NCBI RefSeq assembly: GCF_006345805.1
Contig: NC_043006.1
Coordinates: forward strand, 90,210,001-90,274,000
Length of the DNA stretch: 64,000 nt
Direction: 5' to 3'
Source of the DNA: Octopus sinensis
Taxonomy: Eukaryota
Part shown: positions 12,564-26,398 of the stretch, piece after piece
Position numbering within the stretch: the first letter of the stretch is position 1
How the letters are laid out: each line of letters starts with the position of its first letter
Notes under the pieces: generated by a model
The model's input: only the letters and a program-made list of their open reading frames with translations
Database searches by the model: none
What the model was told of the DNA's origin: nothing
Made by a program: the position numbers and the translations under genes

Positions 12564-12624
12564 TGAATCCTTCGCATTATGTTTTTATTTTATTTTGATC
12601 AATATATATATATATACATATATA

Positions 12625-12788
12625 CGACAGGCTTCTTTCAGTTTCCGTCTACCAAATCCAATCACAAGGCATTGATCGGTCCGAGGCTATAGCAGAAGAC
12701 ACTTGCCCAAGATGCCACGCAGTGGGACTGAACCCGGAACCATGTGGTTGGTTAGCGAGCTACTTACCACAAAGCCACTCCTGCGCCT
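12625..12788 (-). mobile_element. SINE family A, 5' half with tRNA head
   Basis: Matches 1660-1823; A and B boxes on the minus strand. Confidence 0.8.
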
Positions 12789-12796
12789 ATATATCA

Positions 12797-14390
12797 GCAT
12801 CATCATCATCATCGTTTAACGTCCGTTCTCCATGCTAGCATGGGTTGGACGGTTCGACTGGGGATCTGGGAAGCCAGAAGGCTGCACCAGGCTCCAGTCT
12901 TATCTGGCAATGTTTCTACAGCTGGATGCCCTTCCTAACGCCAACCACTCTGTGAGTGTAGTGGGTGCTTTTTACGTGCCACCTGCACAGGTGCCAGGTG
13001 AGGCTGGCAACGGCCACGGTCGGATTGGTGTATTTTATGTGCCACCGGCACGGAAGCCAGTCGAGGCGGCGCTGGCATCGGCCACGAGTCGGATAGTGCT
13101 TTTTACGTACCACCAGACCAGGGATCCTGGCTGGTTCAATTCGTTTCGATTGCCTCAACATGTCTTCGCAAGCAAAGGGGGTTGGCATGGGTGCCTGTCG
13201 TACGGTTGGATTGGTGTATTTTACATGCCACCGGCACGGAAGCCAGTGGAGGCGGCGCTGACATCGGCCACGAGTCGGATAGTGCTTTTTAGGTACCACC
13301 AGACCAGGGATCCTGGCTGGTTCAGTTCGATTTCGATTTCGCTTGCCCCAACATGTCTTCGCAAGCAAAGGGGGTTGGCATGGGTGCCTGTCGTCGGATG
13401 AGGTTCTATATCGACTTTGCTTGCCTCAACAGGTCTTTGTGTCCAAGGGAGGAAAGGCATTCATAAGTGGGCTGGGCTCACTTGTCCTGCCTGGTCTTCT
13501 CACGTACAGCATATTTCCAAAGGTCTCAGTCGCTGGTCATTTCCTCAGTGAGGCCTAAAGTTCGAAGGTCGTGCTTCACCACCTCGTCCCAGGTTTTCCT
13601 GGGTCTACCTCTTCCATGGGTTCCCTCAACTGCTAGGGATTGGCACTTTTTCACACACCTATCTTCATCCATTCTCGCCACATGACCATACCAGCGCAAT
13701 CGTCTCTCTTGCACACCACAACTGATGCTCCTTAGGTCCAACATTTCTCTCAGGGTACTAACACTCTGTCGAGCATGCACACTGACATTACACATCCATC
13801 GGAGCATACTGGCTTCATTTCTCGCGAGCTTACGCATGTCCTCAGCAGTCACGGCCCATGTTTCACTGCCATGTAGCATGGCTGTTCGTACACATGCATC
13901 ATACAGTCTGCCTTTTACTCTGAGTGAGAGGCCTTTAGTCACCAACAGAGGTAAGAGCTCCCTAAACTTTGCCCAAGCTATTCTTACTCTAGCCGTTACA
14001 CTATCCGCACACCCACCCCCACTACTGACTTGGTCACCAAGATAACGGAAGCTATCAACTACTTCTAGTTTTTCCCCCTGGAAAGTGACAGAAGTTGTTT
14101 TCTGCAGATTTTCAGAGGTTAATGCTCCCGAGCATCTGCCACATACAAAAACCATCTTCCTAGTTTGCCTTCCTATGACATTGCTGCACCTCTTATGTGT
14201 CCATAGCTTACACTTGGTGCATCTTATAGAGTTTCTACCTACACCTTTTCTACAGATTGAGCAGGGCCATCTACCTGAAGGCGTTTGTGATTTGTCTACC
14301 TTCCTACTTATTACGACTTTGGTTTTAGCTAGATTGACTCTAAGGCCCTTCGATTCTAAAACTTGCTTCCACACCTGAAACTTCTTCTTC
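12797..14390 (-). mobile_element. RTE-clade LINE, 5'-truncated (RT C-terminus, PHD finger, 3' UTR, (GAT)n tail)
   Basis: ORF 13526-14374: GLRVNLAKTK, C4HC3 finger, FRYLG, LHGSETW, RRLRWYGHVARM, GRGRPRKTW; tail at 12797-12813. Confidence 0.9.
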
Positions 14391-14419
14391 AGTTACATAC
14401 ACTTCTACATATACATACA

Positions 14420-16474
14420 CCAATGACTGGTGTAGCAGCATAATAGTCAACTGCTACAAAGGTAAAGGTGACGCTCTAGATACAAATAATTACAGAGGTA
14501 TCAAGCTGTTGGATCAGGTAATGAAGGTTACGGAGAGGGTCATAGCCCAACTGATTAGGGAGAGAGTCAACTTGGATGAGATGCAGTTTGCTTTTGTGCC
14601 AGGGAAAAGCACCACTGATGCCATATTTCTGGTAAGACAGCTGCAGGAGAAATACCTAGCCAAAGATAAGCCCCTGTACCTGGCTTTTGTTGACATGGAG
14701 AAAGCCTTCAACAGGGTCCCCCTATATCTTATCTGGTGGTCAATGAGGAAATTAGGGATAGATGAATGGTTAGTGAGAGCTGTACAAGCCATGTACAGAG
14801 ACGCTGTGAGTAAGGTAAGGGTTGGCAACGAGTACAGTGAAGAATTCAAGGTAGAGGTTGGGGTCCACCAGGCTTCAGTCCTCAGCCCCCTCCTATTTAT
14901 CATAGTCCTCCAGGCAATAATGGAGGAATTCAAGACAGGATGCCCCTGGTAGCTCCTCTATGCTGACAACCTTGCTCTAATCGCTGAGTCAATATCAGAA
15001 CTAGAGGAGAAGTTTCAAGTGTGGAAGCAAGGATTAGAATCGAAGGGCCCTAGAGTCAACCTAGCTAAAACCAAAGTCCTAATAAGCAGGAAGGCAGGCA
15101 AACCACAAATCCTTTCAGGTAGATGGCTCTGCTCGAGGCGTAGGTAGAAACTCTATAAGATGTACCCAGTGTAAGCTATGGACACATAAGAGGTGCAGTA
15201 ATATCAAAGGAAGGCTAACTGGGAAGATAGTTTTTGTATGTGGCAGATGCTCAGGAGCAATAAACACTGAAAATGCGCAGAGAACAACTTCTGCCACATT
15301 CCAGGGAGAAAAACTAGAAGTAGTTGACAGCTTCCATTACCTAGGTGACCAAGTCTGTAGCAGAGGAGGGTGCACTGAAAGTGTAACTGCTAAAATAAGA
15401 ATAGCTTGGGCAAATTTCAGAGAGCTCTTACCTCTGCTGGTGACAAAGGGCCTCTCGCTCAGCGTAAAAGGTAGACTGTATGATGCATATGTGTGAACAG
15501 CCATGCTATGTGGCAGTGAAACATGTGCCGTGACTGCTGAGGATATGCATAAGCTCGCAAGGAATGAAGCCAGTATGATCCGATGGATGTGTAATGTCAG
15601 TGTGCATACTCGACAGAGTTGTAAGTACCTTGAGAGAAAAGCTGGACCTAAGAAGCATTAGATGTGGTATGCAAGAGAGACGACTGCGCTGGTATGGTCA
15701 TGTGGCGAGAATGGATGAGGGTAGCTGTGTGAAAAAGTGCCACACCCTAGCAGTTGAGAGAACCTGTGGAAGAGGTAGACCCAGGAAAAGCTGGGATGAA
15801 GTGGTGAAGCATGACCTTCAAACATTAGGCCTCACCAAGGAAATGACTAGTGACCAAGACTTTTGGAAATATGCTGTACTCGCGAAGACCCGGCAAGCAC
15901 GATGAGACCATTACCTGTGGCCTATGCCAGGAGCGTAACCAGCCCGCTTACGCATACCTTTTTCTTCTTTGGTCACTAAACTTTGCTTGCGAAGACCTGT
16001 TGAGGCAAGTGAAATCAAAATCAAAATCATATCGATGACTGACATCCGTGCTAGTGGGGTGCAAAGAACACCATACGAGTGTGATCGTTGACAGAGCGGC
16101 TATTCGAGTATGACTGTTACCAGTGTCACCTTACTGGCAATTATGCCTGTGCTAGTAGGGTGCCAAGAGAACCATCCGAGCATGATCGTTGCCAGAGCAG
16201 CCAACTGGCTTCCGTACCCATGGCATGTAAAAGGACTCCATTCGAGCGTGATCGTTACCAATGTCGCTTCACTGGCACCTGTAAAAAGATTCGAGTAAAA
16301 AGCACCCACTACACTCTCGTAGTTGTTGGTATTAGCAAGTGCATCCAGCAGTAGATAATCTGCCAGATCAAGATTGGAGCCTGGTGCAGCCATCTGGTTT
16401 GCCAGCCTTCAGTCAAAATCGTCCAACCCATGCAAGCATGGGAAGCAGATGTTAAATGATGATGATGATGATGA
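14420..16474 (+). mobile_element. RTE-clade LINE, 5'-truncated, degenerate
   Basis: DWCSSIIVNCYKGKGD..NYRGIKLL, QFAFVPGKSTTDAIF, FVDMEKAFNRV, GVHQASVLSPLLF, YADN after a stop; further frameshifts; (GAT)n tail 16457-16474. Confidence 0.9.
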
Positions 16475-16624
16475 TACATATATATATATATATACATGTA
16501 TATATATATGTATTATATATATATATATATATGTCAGAGAGGGCCATTATGAACAGTAGTGGTCCCAAAACAGTGCCTTGCGGAACACTGCATATATATA
16601 TATATATACGTATATATATACATG

Positions 16625-16935
16625 TTGAGGCGCAATGGCCTGGTGGTTAGGGCAGCGGACTCGCGGTCGTAGGATCTCGGTTTCGATTCCCAGACCGGGC
16701 GTTGTGAGTGTTTGTTGAGCGAAAACACTTAAAGCTCCACGAGGCTCCGGCAGGGGGTGGTGGCGAACCCTGCTGTACTCTTTTGCCACAACTTTCTCTC
16801 ACTCTTTCTTCTGTTGGCCTGCTTGCTTAGCCAGCGGGGTGGCGTCATTTGAAGGCTAAAACAATGCAAAGCGCATTGTGACCAGCGATGTATAGCAACA
16901 TCTGATAGCCTGGTTGGTCACGGTGATCACGTTGA
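16625..16935 (+). mobile_element. tRNA-derived SINE (family B)
   Basis: A box TGGCCTGGTGG, B box GGTTTCGATTCCC; homologous to 8558-8870. Confidence 0.85.
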
Positions 16936-16959
16936 TATATATACATATATACATATACA

Positions 16960-16990
<31 letters not shown>

Positions 16991-16992
16991 GT

Positions 16993-17341
16993 CATCATCA
17001 TCATCATCATCATCATTTAACGTCCGCTTTCCATGCTAGCATGGGTTGGACGGTTCAACTGGGGTCTGGGGAGCCCGAAAGCTGCACCAGTCCAGTCAGA
17101 TCTGGCAGTGTTTCTACAGCTGGATGCCCTTCCTAACGCCAACCACTCCGAGAGTGTAGTGGGTGATTTTATGTGCCACCGACACAGGTGCCAGACGAGG
17201 CTGGCAAACGGCCACGCTCGGATGGTGTTTTTATGTGCCACCGACACAGGTGCCAGATGAGGCTGGCAAAACGGCCACGATCGGATGGTGCTTGTTACGT
17301 GCCCACAGCACGGAGGCCAGTCGATGCGGTACTGGCTACGG
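16993..17341 (-). repeat. RTE-LINE 3' UTR fragment
   Basis: (CAT)n followed by the reverse-complemented RTE terminus and ~60-bp UTR repeats. Confidence 0.8.
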
Positions 17342-17349
17342 TATATATA

Positions 17350-19381
<2,032 letters not shown>

Positions 19382-19410
19382 CATATATACATATATATGT
19401 ATATATATAT

Positions 19411-19968
19411 AATAGAAATATTAAAATTACTAAGTCTCTCTAAAAGAGATTATGGCAGTGTTACTGGAAATTAATTGTTATCGCCATATTAATATAGCAG
19501 TCTTATAGGTATAAGACTAAAGCTGTCGCTGATTAGCTCCATGATTAGCTTTAGTCTTATATCTATAAGACTGCCATATTAATATGGCGATAACAATCAA
19601 TTTCCAGTAACGCTGCCGTAATCTCTTTTAGAGAGACTTAGTAATTTTAATATTTCTATTATTGAAAACAAGTGGATGCATTCCACCAAAACTAGGTAAA
19701 TAAAACCTTCAAACAGAGACGATCAGTGGCGACACCTGCTGGGTCTGACTATGCTACATTGAAAAAAGGGCAAATACCTTGAAACGCGTCTGTAGCTGTC
19801 TGACTGGCAGTGTGAAGCGGCTGACCTCCCTTGTTCGAAGGTTATAATGGACACAGTTTGTGTGTCAAATAGCTAGCTTAAGGCGATGGCCTCATGGAGC
19901 TAATCAGCGACAGTTTTAGTCTTATATCTATAAGACTGCCATATTAATATGGCGATAACAATTAATTT
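19411..19968 (+). mobile_element. non-autonomous PLE/retrozyme-like element (365-nt unit, partial tandem tail, inverted 5' piece)
   Basis: Direct repeat 19548-19603 / 19912-19968 (offset 365); 19411-19543 is the reverse complement of the unit end-to-start junction; internal hammerhead; no ORF. Confidence 0.7.
19753..19796 (+). ncRNA. minimal type I hammerhead ribozyme, U3-A8 core variant
   Basis: GCTACA-TTGAAAA-AAGG gcaaata CCTT-GAAACGCGTC-TGTAGC: stem I 6 bp, stem II 4 bp, palindromic stem III ACGCGT, GUC site. Confidence 0.75.
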
Positions 19969-20032
19969 GTATATATATACATGTACATATATATATACAT
20001 GTATATATATACATATATATACACATATATAT

Positions 20033-20116
<84 letters not shown>

Positions 20117-20199
20117 GTATATATATACATATATATACATATATACATATATAATATATATGTACTGTAAATTAATATGTTACCATTATTCAATAGCCA

Positions 20200-20262
20200 A
20201 GATAAAACTCTGAGTTTTGGATGCCGAAGTGGAAATCCACAACACCATCTCTTCGGTTATCT
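20200..20262 (-). ncRNA. degenerate hammerhead-like fold
   Basis: Minus strand AGATAA-CCGAAGA-GATG..GTGGA tt TCCAC..CATC C-AAAACTC A GAGTT-TTATCT; all three stems present but the core has U4C and G12A. Confidence 0.4.
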
Positions 20263-20482
20263 GGCCATCTGAAAAACGCTATGAAAAAATCGTTATTCAA
20301 AGGGAAATTTCTGGGTTATAATTCCACTACTTATATAAATTAAGATTAAAAGTTCATAGAAAACACGTAAACATGGCTATTCATACGCTCACATGTGCGC
20401 TTGCACATCCACATGCGTACGTATACGTCACTATGAAAACATATACATCTTCACTCGCATTTTTCGCCAAATGTATACGCAT

Positions 20483-20636
20483 AGGCGCAGGAGTGGCTGT
20501 GTGGTAAGTAGCTTGCTAACCAACCACATGGTTCCGGGTTCAGTCCCACTGCGTGGCATCTTGGGCAAGTGTCTTCTGCTATGCCTTGTGAGTGGATTTG
20601 GTAGACGGAAACTGAAAGAAGCCTGTTGTATATATG

Positions 20637-20667
<31 letters not shown>

Positions 20668-20862
20668 TTGTCCCCTTAGCATTGCTTGACAACCGATGCT
20701 GGTGTGTTTACGTCTCTGTCACTTAGTGGTTCGGCAAAAGAGACCGATAGAATAAGTACTGGGCTTACAAAGAATAAGTCCCGGGGTCGATTTGGTCGAC
20801 TAAAGGCGGTGCTCCAGCATGGCCACAGTCAAATGACTGAAACAAGTAACAGAGTAAAGAAC
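20483..20862 (+). mobile_element. SINE family A
   Basis: AGGCGCAGGAGTGGCTGTGTGG..GGTTCAGTCCC..GGTGCTCCAGCATGGCCACAGTCAAATGACTGAAAC. Confidence 0.85.
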
Positions 20863-21579
20863 ATATATATACAAACTCATACCCACACACGCATACCGTA
20901 AAGGTTCATACATACATCTATATACGCACAAGCACAAGAAAAACCATGGTTAAAGGTAACAATACAGAAAAAAACAACAGTACAGAAAAAACATAAGGAA
21001 GTATATAAAGCATAAAACCACGTTCATATACGGACATGCCCTTATGCATGCATACACACACACGCCAATATATGTACATACCCGCACATGTTTATATACA
21101 CATACACACCCACGCATACACAAAAAAGATTATACATGCGCCCAAAAAAAAAACGGAAAAAATTGTAAAAATACTAAGTAAAAACGTCTATATATATGTA
21201 TTCTTATGCCCGCACACATCTATATACATACACACATATTCACATATACATACATACATATTCACACACGTGTACAAATGAATCTATATACATGTCTATA
21301 TAGGCACAGGAAAAAATGCAGGATGGAAGAGAGTACAGAAATAATTATTATGTGTAAAAATATATGAAAAAATAAAAGGTATAATGAGATAAAAAACTTT
21401 TTTGGACATAATATAGAAAGCAAGTTCTATCTGTATTCTTGGGAGGACCAAAAACATAACAAAAATTGTGTCACGTATGGGCATGACCCGAAAAGTTCTA
21501 TCCTTGAGTTCAGACATGTATAGGGTCTAAGCTGCTTTTCCAGATAAGCCATTTCTCCATGTCGCATATATATGTATAT

Positions 21580-21980
21580 ACTCTTTACTCTTTTACTTAT
21601 TTCAGTCATTTGACTGTGGCCATGCTGCAGCACTGCCTTTAGTCGAGCAAATCGACCCCGGGACTTATTCTTTGTAAGCCCAGTACTTATTCTATCAGTC
21701 TCTTTTGCTGAACCACTGACGGGGACGTAAACACACCAGCATCGGTTGTCAAGCAATGCTAGGGGGACAAACACACACACATACACACACACATATATAT
21801 ATATATATACATATATACAACAGGCTTCTTTCAGTTTCCATCTACTAAATCCACTCACAAGGCATTGGTTGGCCCAGGACTATAGCAGAAGACACTTGCC
21901 CAAAATGCCACGCAGTGGGACTGAACCCGGAACCATGTGGTTGGTTAGCAAGCTACTTACCACACAGCCACTCCTGCACC

Positions 21981-21981
<1 letters not shown>
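21580..21981 (-). mobile_element. SINE family A
   Basis: Full-length homologue of 1445-1823. Confidence 0.85.
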
Positions 21982-22041
<60 letters not shown>

Positions 22042-22489
22042 AATATAATGTGTGTGTGTGTGTGTGTGTGTAGAATCATTCACACATATATAACATATGT
22101 CTGTATGGATACACCAGTGCAACATGTAAATACAGGCTGGCACAAGAACATTGATTTCATATTTAAATGCTTATGAGTGCGTGTAAGAGTGAAATGTTGG
22201 TACGAGAGTATGTACAAGTATGAGACTATAATTGTTTGTGTACACATACAAATTTCAAAATATATTCTTGGTAGATAAAACCATAAAATCGTATCATACG
22301 TATTTTTTCTTATGAATACATTTATTAATTTTTCTGCTATTTTTCTGCTTCTGTATTTTGCAAGTAGAACAATTGTAAAACTTGAAAAAGAGAAAAGAAA
22401 AACTGAAACTTGTTTGCATTTAGATTGAATCAATAAAAGGGAGAGGAAAATACCTATAGCTGTGTGTGTGTGTGTGTATAAATATATAC

Positions 22490-22542
<53 letters not shown>

Positions 22543-23250
22543 ACATGCGTGTGTCTGTGTGTCTATATGCATGTATGTATATAATGTATACATACACATA
22601 TGCATGAATGTATATAATACATATACACGCACATACTCACAAACACATTCGCACACGGCTATACATGCTCTGATCCTGTAAATTTCTTTTGCTGCTGTTT
22701 TCTTTCTCGAATTTCATATTATTTTATCGTACATCTTGCGTGCGTAAGTGTGTACATCGTCTTTCTATGAATGTGTTTGTAAATATTATTGCATTTTCCA
22801 TTTTTTTATTATTAATTTTGGTTCTTAAGATTTTCTAGTTTCTTCTCTTGTTAAGGAAAATGCTTTTATGACTGAAAGTGTCAACTGGAATCCAATAAAT
22901 AGAAACTAATCGAAGGAGAGAGAGAGAAAGCAGTAAAAAAAGAAAAACACTGATAAATATGAGGGGCTGTGGACGGGTGTTTGTATACAGATACACACAC
23001 ACATGCAAACCAACATATAACATAACACATATTTATACATGCCTATATATACATATATATATATATATGCACATGCACACACACACATATATACACCTCT
23101 ATCTGTCTGTCTATCTATCTATATATACCATTATGCCAATGTAAGATGCTACAGGAATAGAAGGAATAGCTAAGATTTTTTGACTGCTATTTCTAAACTT
23201 CGGTGTGTGGTGAAGCTAATCGTTGCTGAACCCTAATTATATAGTAATCT

Positions 23251-23295
<45 letters not shown>

Positions 23296-23461
23296 CTCAC
23301 GTGTGTGTTATATAAAATTGAAACATGCTAAGCTGTGTTGCAAATTATGGTGAAAGGTTAAACGAACAAACACTAGTTAAATATACCTATATCTGTCTGT
23401 CACATTAATCCCAATAAAACTGATAGTTTATTTTGTTGTTGTTGTTGTTGTTATCATTACT

Positions 23462-23695
23462 AAGGTAGCGAGCTGGCAGAATTCGTTAGCAGGCCAGGTG
23501 AAATGCTTAGAGGTATTTCGTCTGTCTTTACATTCTGAGTTCAAATTCCGCTGAGGTCAACTTTGCCTTTCATCCTTTCATGGTCAATAAATTAAGTACC
23601 AGTTGCATACTGGAGTCGATCTAATTGACTGGGCACGTCCCCCAATATTTAGGGCCTCATGCCTGGAGTAGAAAAGATTATCATTATTATTATCA
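23462..23695 (+). mobile_element. tRNA-derived SINE (family C) with Meta-like central domain
   Basis: B-box-like GAGTTCAAATTCC, then GAGGTCAACTTTGCCTTTCATCCTTTC..AATAAATTAAGTACCAG; (ATT)n tail; decayed copies near 32900-33377, 51130-51420, 53600-53830 and 54600-54760. Confidence 0.7.
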
Positions 23696-24126
23696 TCCTT
23701 TTCTTACAATCACTACTAAGAACAGTAACTGGTTCTTTTACTGTTGATGGTGTAATTGCATTTGTAAACCTTCATCTTGTTGCCTGTATTTCAGACATTG
23801 TTACACAATTATCTGACTGGGTTTCCTCTATTCCTAGACTCAAACTCAGTTTCTCAGAGCATGGGGAGCAAGTCCCACAGTCCAGATGAGGGGAAGGGCT
23901 TACTTCAGAACTGAATAGAGTTGCAACTAAATAAAACTCACAAAAGACTTTTAATTAAAATATATTCCAAACATTCTATTATTTCATTTAGACATAGCGA
24001 GACTAATGGGTTGGTGTAGAACTCAGTATATGCCTATGGCCCAAAACACAATGTTAGACGAGTATAGAGTGTGTGTGTGTGAGCACAGGCATGGATATGC
24101 GGTAAGAAGTTTCCCTCCCATCCACA

Positions 24127-24226
24127 NNNNNNNNNNNNNNNNNNNNNNNNNNNNNNNNNNNNNNNNNNNNNNNNNNNNNNNNNNNNNNNNNNNNNNNNNN
24201 NNNNNNNNNNNNNNNNNNNNNNNNNN
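24127..24226. other. assembly gap (100 N)
   Basis: Run of exactly 100 N. Confidence 0.99.
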
Positions 24227-26122
24227 TTTTTCTGTTTATTTTATGAAAAAATGAAATGAAGTTTGTTGAAAGGTAAATGTGGAATTGAAAGGTGTTTGTG
24301 ATAGAGCTAACAAAAATGAAATAAAAAAGAGGATGAAGACAAAATAGGTGGTTTATTATAAGTGCTGAATCAAAAGAACATACAACATAGACAAAATATA
24401 TATTCTGGAAAATTTGGATGCTGTGTTTAACATAGGAAAAAAAAATTGTTGCATTTAAAATGTATCTCTTATGGTAATATCAACAAAAGATGTATATATT
24501 TGTTGTATATTCTGGGAGAAAATATTTCAATGCAGAAATTAAGATAATTGTGTTGGTGTTGGTTATATAGAAAGGAAAGCAAATAGGAGAAACGTATGGA
24601 GCAAGTCATCCAATTTATTCATATTTTTATACAAACTGAAAATATCAAGAAGTCAGTGTAAACACTCAGCTGATATTAGCCCTTGTTGTTGGTTGTCTAG
24701 CAGAAAGCCTGAAGCAAGCATATTTTATTTTGAGCCATGGTTAACAAACATTTAATTGACTTAACGGCATCACTGGCTCTGCCCATGTTACCAATGTTCG
24801 TTATTATAATTTCCCTATATACAAAGGAGCTTTTATCACTTCATAGTTAAATGATTTCATTAACGGTTGGTTTATACTTTTATTTGATTAGGGCTGAAAG
24901 GTTGAATTAAATTCTACTTGAATGATAACGTGACATGGTAGGCTGAGGTTTCCTTGGGATCAGGCCAATCACCCTCCCCCCCCCACCATTTGTTTCTGTT
25001 CCACCCCACCATCACCCCTCTGTTTTTCTATCTCACTTTCAAGTGTCTTTTTCTCTGGATTCCAAACTACATTGTAATATAGTTGAGTCAGTAAAATTTT
25101 TCTCAGGAAGACAAAAACAGGAAAGAAAAAAAGGAAAGAATGGTCAGCAGCTTGATCACTCATCACCAATATGGAAATGTGATTGGGCTTATTAAACTTG
25201 AACAGGAAGAGGGGAAAAGATCACGGAATCAAGGAAACATAAACAAAGATAATGTGTTATTGAAAAAGTGTTTGGTTTGAACAAAGAAAGAAGGGCTGAT
25301 TGACAGAGCAAGCCCTCAGTGTAACCAAGCAGAGAAGATTATGATGCGATGAAAGATGCATTTGGCAAATTGCATGATTAAAATGTGAACGGCCTGTCTC
25401 TTTGATGTGAAAAGAAATTATAATGAATCAAGAAGAAAGGTAGCTTTCCTGTCTTCAAGGTGGCAGAACCTAATGAAATATAGGAGATGCTAAATTAATT
25501 TAGTTTCAGGGGGAGCAAGTCATAAAGAATTTTTGACTGAAGTATGTAAACTGTTTCTAGATGCTCAGTAAAAGCCATTCCTGAAATAGTTGTGCATCAT
25601 ATTTTATTTATTTATTGATTTTTAACGATTTTAAACCCGTCATGCCAGAATAGCATAAGAAGGTTGCTTTTGAAAATTGGAATATTTGCATGGATTCTTG
25701 AAGCAGGTGCTTTTATCACTAGATGCCCATAGGGAATGTGATATTTCCAAATATATTCCATCTAGCAGAAGGAAAAATCAAGCAAAACTGAGAAAATTTA
25801 AATATATTATATTCGACATATTTATGTAAGTTATTGAACAGCTTTTACTGAAAGTTTGTGCATACATAATTATAGAAACAAATATTAAAACACATCTATT
25901 GATCTCTATGTATGCACATATGTACACACATAGAGACAGACAGACATAGGTATGGACACACAAATATTTGCACATATACACACATAAATGCACAACTACC
26001 CAGTAGATGCTGAAGAGATTCCAATGAAGGAGCCTTGGATCTAGGTTAGAGACTGGCCTTCTCCATTGGCAAGAAATCTAGAAATAAAAATAATAACATA
26101 CGTACACAAATGTGTGTGTATA

Positions 26123-26153
<31 letters not shown>

Positions 26154-26355
26154 AATATCTAGATTTCACTTATGGCGAAGATGAAAGATATGAAGATGAA
26201 AAACTCAGAGTACTAATGGAGAGTAACCTCAGCTGGTGTAAACAGACAAACTCTACAATATATATATGGAGGATTTTTCTCTCCTTTGTAAATGTACACA
26301 CATACACATGAATAGACAGACAGATAGGAAGATATTTACATGCACACACACAGAT

Positions 26356-26398
<43 letters not shown>

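Larger units (their letters stand above)
9232..12603 (-). mobile_element. Penelope-like element 2, 5'-truncated, with inverted pseudo-LTRs
   Basis: GIY-YIG ORF plus upstream RKYIWFNIPYN..FPPTHKYRSIFSNKTIRISYS motif; ~330-bp inverted repeat 9303-9633 / 12272-12603, each copy with a hammerhead. Confidence 0.85.

Noticed and set aside
16625-16700. tRNA gene candidates at SINE heads (also 1750-1823, 20483-20555, 41540-41612)
   Set aside because: A/B boxes are present but cloverleafs are imperfect and each continues into a repeat body, so they are SINE heads
24560-25500. Possible piggyBac transposase fossil (IFYFEPWLT resembling YFDNWFT)
   Set aside because: One weak motif among many stops; cannot be supported without a search
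26005-26095. CCAATGA..stem..GAGAC hammerhead-like layout before AATAAA
   Set aside because: Too many core mismatches and no clear stem I
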